A stretch of 64,000 nt of DNA from Candidatus Thorarchaeota archaeon (lineage in GTDB: Archaea > Asgardarchaeota > Thorarchaeia > Thorarchaeales > Thorarchaeaceae): assembly GCA_046482545.1 (NCBI GenBank), contig JAWOEX010000028.1, positions 1 through 64,000 on the forward strand, in the 5' to 3' direction. The notes under the pieces are model-generated. The model ran no database searches, was not told the origin of the DNA, and saw nothing but the letters and a program-made list of their open reading frames with translations. Below are positions 58,798 to 64,000 of the stretch, in pieces. How positions within the stretch are numbered: position 1 is the stretch's first letter; every line of letters starts with the position of its first letter. The position numbers were made by a program, and so were the translations under genes.

Positions 58798-60120
58798 CTT
58801 GAGACGCTTCCACAACTTCTTTGCACTCTGTCTCGATTTCTGAATCACGCTTTCTTCGTCCACCTTAGTCAGCATACCATTTTCGACTACGGTGTCGCCA
58901 TTAACAACGACATCGCTAACATCCCTTCCGGTGAATGTGTTTACTAGGTGTCCCATCACGCTCTTACCGTTCAAAGGTGTGGGAACATTAGTGCCGTCAA
59001 GCAAAACCAAATCCGCCAGTTTGCCAGTTTCGATGCTGCCTAATTGGTCTTCAAGACCATAGCAACGTGCACCCCCTATAGTTGCCATGTGGAATACTTC
59101 AGCCGGTCCGATTTCGCTTGGATTGCCTGAAGCAAGTCGATGAACGGTCATAGCGCATCGCATATTTTCAAAGGGATCGTAAATCCAACCGTCATTTCCG
59201 AGTCCGACAGTGATTCCCAAGTCTAGCATATCAGGAACTGGCGCTGTTCCCACAGCATTCAGCATATTGCTCATTGGATTATGAGCCACCTTCGCGTCTC
59301 TCTTCATTATCAGCTCAAGTTCATTCTCAGAGACGTGTACACAATGAGCAAGAACAGCATTCGAATCCAGTAGTTCAAGTCGATCCAGTCTTTCGACGGT
59401 ACGTTCACCCCACCGCTCCAAATTGTGGTACAAATCAACTTTTCCTTCTGATGTGTGGACGGTAATAGGAGCATCCAGCTTGCTCGCCGTAGAAGCGGCT
59501 TCTTTTACTATCTCATCTCCAACGGTAAAAGATGCATGTACGCTCATCATCCCAGAAACCAATGGCTCCTTCTTTGCTTCATTGATGAACTTGATATTTT
59601 CCTCAAGCCCGTTTCTTGCTTCTTCCGGATTATGTCGTTCAGTCATTTCGAAGGCAAGGATACTCCTGATTCCAACACTCTTTGTTGCATCAGCAATTGC
59701 TTGCAAGCTTCCATCTATGGAATTGGGTCCGGAATAGGTATCGGCGAAGAGTGTGCTACCGGATTTGAGCATATCCGCTGAAGCTGATAATGCGCTCGCA
59801 TGAGCATCCTCCAAGGTAAGAGCTTCATCAACAGGCCACCAAACACGTTGTAATACTTGAGCGAAGTCGGTCGGAGGCTCAATTCCAAGATCCGCTCCCC
59901 TGAGAAGAATACCATACAAATGTGTGTGAGCAGTGATGAGCCCGGGAATGAGAACGCAACCAGAGCCGTCTATGTGTGTTGATGGAGTTGTTGAAGGCGA
60001 ACCTGTTCCTATCTCCTCAATCTTGTCATCTTCAACATACACATAGCCATGCTCTATAATGTCATTGTTCGAATTGCATGTGACTACTAGGACGTTATCA
60101 ATAAGCAAACTACCCATCAT
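58795..60120 (-). CDS. Amidohydrolase (SsnA / MtaD / chlorohydrolase family)
   Basis: PGLITAHTHLY, WWPVDEAL, HTSEG, AHCVH, HNPMSNM, GNDG, GKLADLV. Confidence 0.9.
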   Translation of the reverse strand: MMGSLLIDNVLVVTCNSNNDIIEHGYVYVEDDKIEEIGTGSPSTTPSTHIDGSGCVLIPGLITAHTHLYGILLRGADLGIEPPTDFAQVLQRVWWPVDEALTLEDAHASALSASADMLKSGSTLFADTYSGPNSIDGSLQAIADATKSVGIRSILAFEMTERHNPEEARNGLEENIKFINEAKKEPLVSGMMSVHASFTVGDEIVKEAASTASKLDAPITVHTSEGKVDLYHNLERWGERTVERLDRLELLDSNAVLAHCVHVSENELELIMKRDAKVAHNPMSNMLNAVGTAPVPDMLDLGITVGLGNDGWIYDPFENMRCAMTVHRLASGNPSEIGPAEVFHMATIGGARCYGLEDQLGSIETGKLADLVLLDGTNVPTPLNGKSVMGHLVNTFTGRDVSDVVVNGDTVVENGMLTKVDEESVIQKSRQSAKKLWKRLK

Positions 60121-60209
60121 TGTAGAACCCACCATTACGTGGTATTTCAACGATTAAAAGAATCGCTTTTGGAGCGTCCATGTTTTCAAAGTACGAAATT
60201 CAGAAGCGG

Positions 60210-61700
60210 TCATAACTCAAGGTCCACGTAACTTATCGTTCCGTCACCAGAGGAATAGATGATGCCCTGCTTCTCAAGGTCGGAAATGATTTTGTCGATC
60301 GTATCATCATCGATGCGGACCTCTTTTGCCCGCTCTTTGAGCATATCTAGGCTGACCCCACCTTTGCTCGTTTCTGATAGGATTTTAAGAAGGCGAACGA
60401 AACGCTCGCTGGGAATCAAATCACTATCGATGGCCTGTACTCGCGCATCAATATCATCTTCTTCGATGGTTTTGTCTTCACCCTGAGTTTTCTCCTTCTC
60501 ATCGAGCAGAGCTGATAGCAGTGATTTCTTACTATCACTCTGCTTGGGCTCTTCTGGTTTAATTGATTCTATATCATCGAGGCTGACACCAATAGGGGCT
60601 TTTTGACTTTCACTTTCTCCTTCTTCAGTATCCGGGATGTAGGGTATGGGGTCAGCATTAGACTCAGAGACTCCCAGCCATTCAGAATTGATATCGCTGT
60701 TTCGTGAGGCTGCCCTGAGCAACTCCTTTCGGAACCTGTGCTGTATTCTTGAACGTTGTTCCTCGAGAGAGGATGAATTGCATTTTTCTACGCCAAGTCT
60801 AAGGATGGCACGTTCAGCCAGCGTACGGACTCGGGTATGAGAGTCAGCCACGAAATAGCCAAGTACCTTGATTATGCTGGTCAGCCGTGATTTCTCAATC
60901 GAGAGATTGTTGAGAAGTGCTTGTTTCACCCTCCAATCGGGGTCGCTCACCAGGTCCATCACGATACCGGCAGCCCTGTCAATTCCCGCTGATGCAACAG
61001 CACCAGCAATCTGAGCCCTCTCTTTCCAAGACGCATCACTAAGGAAAGGCATCAGATAGTTTACTGTATCTTGATCGGCTATGCCGCATATATACCGAAG
61101 CAGATTCCTCCTTTCATCTGCAGCTCTTTCCGCCAACAGTTTGAAAAGGCGTTTTTTATACTTCGGACTGAAGCCCGAAAGGCCCTCAACGGCTCCAAAG
61201 GAGATGGAATCAAGGTTTTCCCTAATCTGTGTTCGTACCCATCGATAGCCTGTTTTTCCCAATTTGCTCATTATCGAAAAAGTCGTTGACTGATGCTCTC
61301 GCCCAAGTTTCTCCAGAGCTTCAATCCAATTTTTGCGCTCCTCTTTTGCTGTTGGCGCCCCGACAGAGATGAATCTCTCGTCTATAGATTGAAGGATTTG
61401 TTCTCTTTCAGCAGGATTAAGTCTCAGCAGCGCATCGAAAAAATCAGCGAGATACCTACTGTAAGCACCTTTTGCAACAAGTCTAAACATCAGCTTCTTG
61501 AGATATGGATCCTCTGAATTATGTAGACTCCAAGCCTTTGGGAGTAGCGTCCTCACATGGTCCATGTCAGCAAGCGTTCCCGCAGCTTTGTAAGCTTCTC
61601 CAAGGTCAGGCGATTCTAGCTGCATTGCTAGATCGCGCATTTCCACAACGGAATTCTGCTCAGCCACACAAATTTTCTTAGCCTTTTTTCCCCGGGCCAT
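60210..61700 (-). CDS. HEAT-repeat protein with acidic linker and C-terminal winged-helix domain
   Basis: PFLSDASWKERAQIA, LVSDPDWRVKQAL, FVADSHTRVRTLA; C-terminal VSLDMLKERA...IDKIISDLEKQGIIYSSGDG. Confidence 0.78.
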   Translation of the reverse strand: MARGKKAKKICVAEQNSVVEMRDLAMQLESPDLGEAYKAAGTLADMDHVRTLLPKAWSLHNSEDPYLKKLMFRLVAKGAYSRYLADFFDALLRLNPAEREQILQSIDERFISVGAPTAKEERKNWIEALEKLGREHQSTTFSIMSKLGKTGYRWVRTQIRENLDSISFGAVEGLSGFSPKYKKRLFKLLAERAADERRNLLRYICGIADQDTVNYLMPFLSDASWKERAQIAGAVASAGIDRAAGIVMDLVSDPDWRVKQALLNNLSIEKSRLTSIIKVLGYFVADSHTRVRTLAERAILRLGVEKCNSSSLEEQRSRIQHRFRKELLRAASRNSDINSEWLGVSESNADPIPYIPDTEEGESESQKAPIGVSLDDIESIKPEEPKQSDSKKSLLSALLDEKEKTQGEDKTIEEDDIDARVQAIDSDLIPSERFVRLLKILSETSKGGVSLDMLKERAKEVRIDDDTIDKIISDLEKQGIIYSSGDGTISYVDLEL

Positions 61701-62780
61701 TTAGTTTTCCCCATCCACAATTTCGCCTTCGAGCAGATTTCTGGCCCCGCTAATCAGCGTCTCCGCACGTGCCTTACCTACACCCTTCACATCCTTGGAC
61801 AGTTGGTCAACACGTGCATGGGCAATGGCAACAAACGAGTCATACCCACTTTCTTTGAGACGGGATTCCATAGCTGGACCAATCCCATTCAGGGCCTGTA
61901 AATCCCCTGCAAATTCAACTTCTCTTAGATTCTCAGTAACGTACTCAGTCAATTCCTCCTGTTTGCTCAAATCTTCATCTGGTGAGGATGATTCCGATAT
62001 CTGAATTTTCTCTCGACTTGCATCGACTTGATTCTGAACAGGAGCCCCAGTCAGAGTCACTTGGTGAGTGGAATCTACAGGCAAATCATCAAGAGTTCCA
62101 GCCAATTCCAATTCCAGAAGCTGATGGTCATACTTCTCCAGAAGACGCTCTACGCGTTCATCACTTGCTTCCAAATTTGATTCTAGAATACTCAATGACC
62201 TTAGCAGATTTCGACCATATTGAGACTGCCTCAAAGCAGTCAAATCTATTCTTTCAGAATCTGGATCTGGTTTAGCTTTTCTGAATTTCTCAATCCGTGC
62301 CTCTCTTACCTTCGAAACTAGATATCCGAAGCCGTCTTTCTCAAGACCAGTTTCAACTATGTAATCAACATGGCCAGCCTCAATTTTCTCTTGGAGAATC
62401 GATGCACAATAGGCGCGAGCTTCCCGACGTCCGTCTTCCCAACTCGCTTCCTTGGTCAGAATACTAAGCAGCTTATCAGCACCCAAGTCAAGAGGGAGGC
62501 TAAGGGAAGTCATACCCAATCCACAGAATACAGCTTCCCGAACAAGCAAAATTCGCTGCGAAAGGTCCTTTGAATCTAATCCTTCAATGTAGGTTTCCAA
62601 TACCTTGTAAAATCGGTCCCAAGGGTTAGCATCCTTGTCTTTCCAATAGCCCTTGAGGGAATCGGTAATAGAAGAAAAATCACCTCTCATGCTCATCCGC
62701 AGTATCTTGTCAATGAATCTATCAACGGAAGATTGGGGGGATTTCTGCTTTCTGCTCAGGACTATGACCTCCACTGGCAA
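61701..62780 (-). CDS. Helical protein with C-terminal tandem helix-hairpin-helix (RadA-N/HHH_5-like) domain
   Basis: LQALNGIGPAMESRLKESGY...VKGVGKARAETLI; abuts the HEAT gene. Confidence 0.75.
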   Translation of the reverse strand: MPVEVIVLSRKQKSPQSSVDRFIDKILRMSMRGDFSSITDSLKGYWKDKDANPWDRFYKVLETYIEGLDSKDLSQRILLVREAVFCGLGMTSLSLPLDLGADKLLSILTKEASWEDGRREARAYCASILQEKIEAGHVDYIVETGLEKDGFGYLVSKVREARIEKFRKAKPDPDSERIDLTALRQSQYGRNLLRSLSILESNLEASDERVERLLEKYDHQLLELELAGTLDDLPVDSTHQVTLTGAPVQNQVDASREKIQISESSSPDEDLSKQEELTEYVTENLREVEFAGDLQALNGIGPAMESRLKESGYDSFVAIAHARVDQLSKDVKGVGKARAETLISGARNLLEGEIVDGEN

Positions 62781-63082
62781 TTCGATGATTGGGTAGCTGA
62801 GTGCCTGAGTTTCATGGACTGAGAACCACCTATCTAATATCTGGATATGTGTTATACACTGTTATTTTCGGTCCCATCAAGATAACCGTCACAACAATAG
62901 GCTGCCTTCGGGACTCATCATCGTGGGAAACCCTTTCGTCACCGGTATTATGATGACCCATAACCTAGAAAAAGGTTAGCTCTGGTGTGTTTAATATTCC
63001 CATAACTCTCTCATGAATTTCTCTTCGTACATCTTCAATTCTATTTGCGAGTATGAATCCAAGTGAAGGCAGTAAGTAATCA

Positions 63083-63634
63083 TCAGGGCCGTGGTGGTGC
63101 CACACCGAACACTTTCTGTAGTAGATTGTTGATACTGAAAGAAGATATGACATACCAAACGTAGAAGTACAAACCAAAGCCGCTGCCTTCAACGTTTACT
63201 CCGAGCCAACCATCAAGAAATGGAATAACCTCGTGGACATTAAAAGGAAGAATCGCAACCGCCCCGCCCGAATACACTGCCCTTAGAACAATGAAGACAA
63301 AAATGAAAGGGAGCCATGTTATGCAAGTAGGCTTACATCGAGAACTCATCATGTTGCTTTGAAGCCGCATGATTCTGGATTGTTCCTCCTGGACTTCTTG
63401 CAGGAGCCGCTCATCCTCTGTCTCTCTTGCCTTATTGAGCTTCTCCCGCCATTCTTTGACCTCTTCCATATCCTTCTGCATTTGCTCTACATCGGCAAAC
63501 TGTCTCGTAGCGGCAATGGAAACCAACGCTAGCGCCATGCTAACAAGCGGAATGAACACCGTGGATATGGGCATGGAAGAGACCGGGTCTAGTAGGCTAG
63601 CGAAGTATTGAATCAAATCAGTCCAGAAATCCAT
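63083..63634 (-). CDS. DUF106 / EMC3-Get1-TMCO1 (Oxa1 superfamily) membrane insertase
   Basis: TM1, cytoplasmic coiled coil, KPTCITWLPFIFVF (TM2), WYVISSF...QKVFG (TM3). Start re-called to MDFW. Confidence 0.88.
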   Translation of the reverse strand: MDFWTDLIQYFASLLDPVSSMPISTVFIPLVSMALALVSIAATRQFADVEQMQKDMEEVKEWREKLNKARETEDERLLQEVQEEQSRIMRLQSNMMSSRCKPTCITWLPFIFVFIVLRAVYSGGAVAILPFNVHEVIPFLDGWLGVNVEGSGFGLYFYVWYVISSFSINNLLQKVFGVAPPRP

Positions 63635-64000
63635 GTTGTAATTCCTCTTGTGCTTCGACATGAGCCATGCAGTCTCGGATTTAAGGCTTGGCCTAGGTCA
63701 GGAGAAATCAGAATACTAATGGACAGGTATTATCCGTCTAAGACATTGGAGTGTAGAGCCACCTCAACGCAAAAAGCCTTTGTCAATTGCAATCATCTGC
63801 ATGTCAAATTAATCTCTTACACTGCCAAAGGCATTTTCTATACTTCAGACTATATTCTGTTTCTCTTTTCATAGTAAATGTTTCACAACTGAGTCTCTAT
63901 CCGAAACCATTTTGTAAACGTTGGACGTTTCGCGCGATTCAGCTCAGTTCTATAACCTCCCATAAATTTGTATATTCACAAATATGGTTTTCAATGGCAT

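Overview
Archaeal chromosomal window, most consistent with an Asgard archaeon (probably Thorarchaeia). This is inferred from a stand-alone gelsolin-domain gene, an LRR protein, DUF106/EMC3- and EMC6-like membrane proteins, Hdr/Mvh genes and archaeal TATA-type promoters. 1-9.4 kb holds an hdrL(HdrA-GltD fusion)-hdrC-hdrB-hdrA-hdrA-mvhD-wHTH-mvhG-mvhA electron-bifurcation cluster. 9.7-23 kb holds a corrinoid protein flanked by two MtaA/UroD-type methyltransferases, an aminotransferase, a GlcD/GlcF-like 2-hydroxyacid dehydrogenase, a nitrilase, an ECF transporter and a Ser/Thr dehydratase. The middle holds dinB, sfsA, an ABC exporter, a PAS-PAS histidine kinase with a C-terminal CxxC thioredoxin-like domain, an LLM oxidoreductase, an ASST-like protein, adenine deaminase, two B-box membrane proteins and a leuB/C/D-like operon. 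The most striking unexplained feature is a ~475-nt, 61% GC, densely base-paired non-coding element (43687-44161). It lacks recognisable RNase P, SRP, tRNA or intron signatures. It lies between an unannotated Cys-string membrane microprotein gene and a MoxR AAA+/VWA pair whose VWA protein begins with a copy of the AAA+ lid. The right end holds a large SBBP surface protein, two cold-shock genes with conserved, co-varying 5' and 3' RNA structures, amidohydrolases, a HEAT-wHTH/HhH gene pair and an EMC3/TMCO1-family insertase. No rRNA, tRNA, CRISPR array or transposase was seen.
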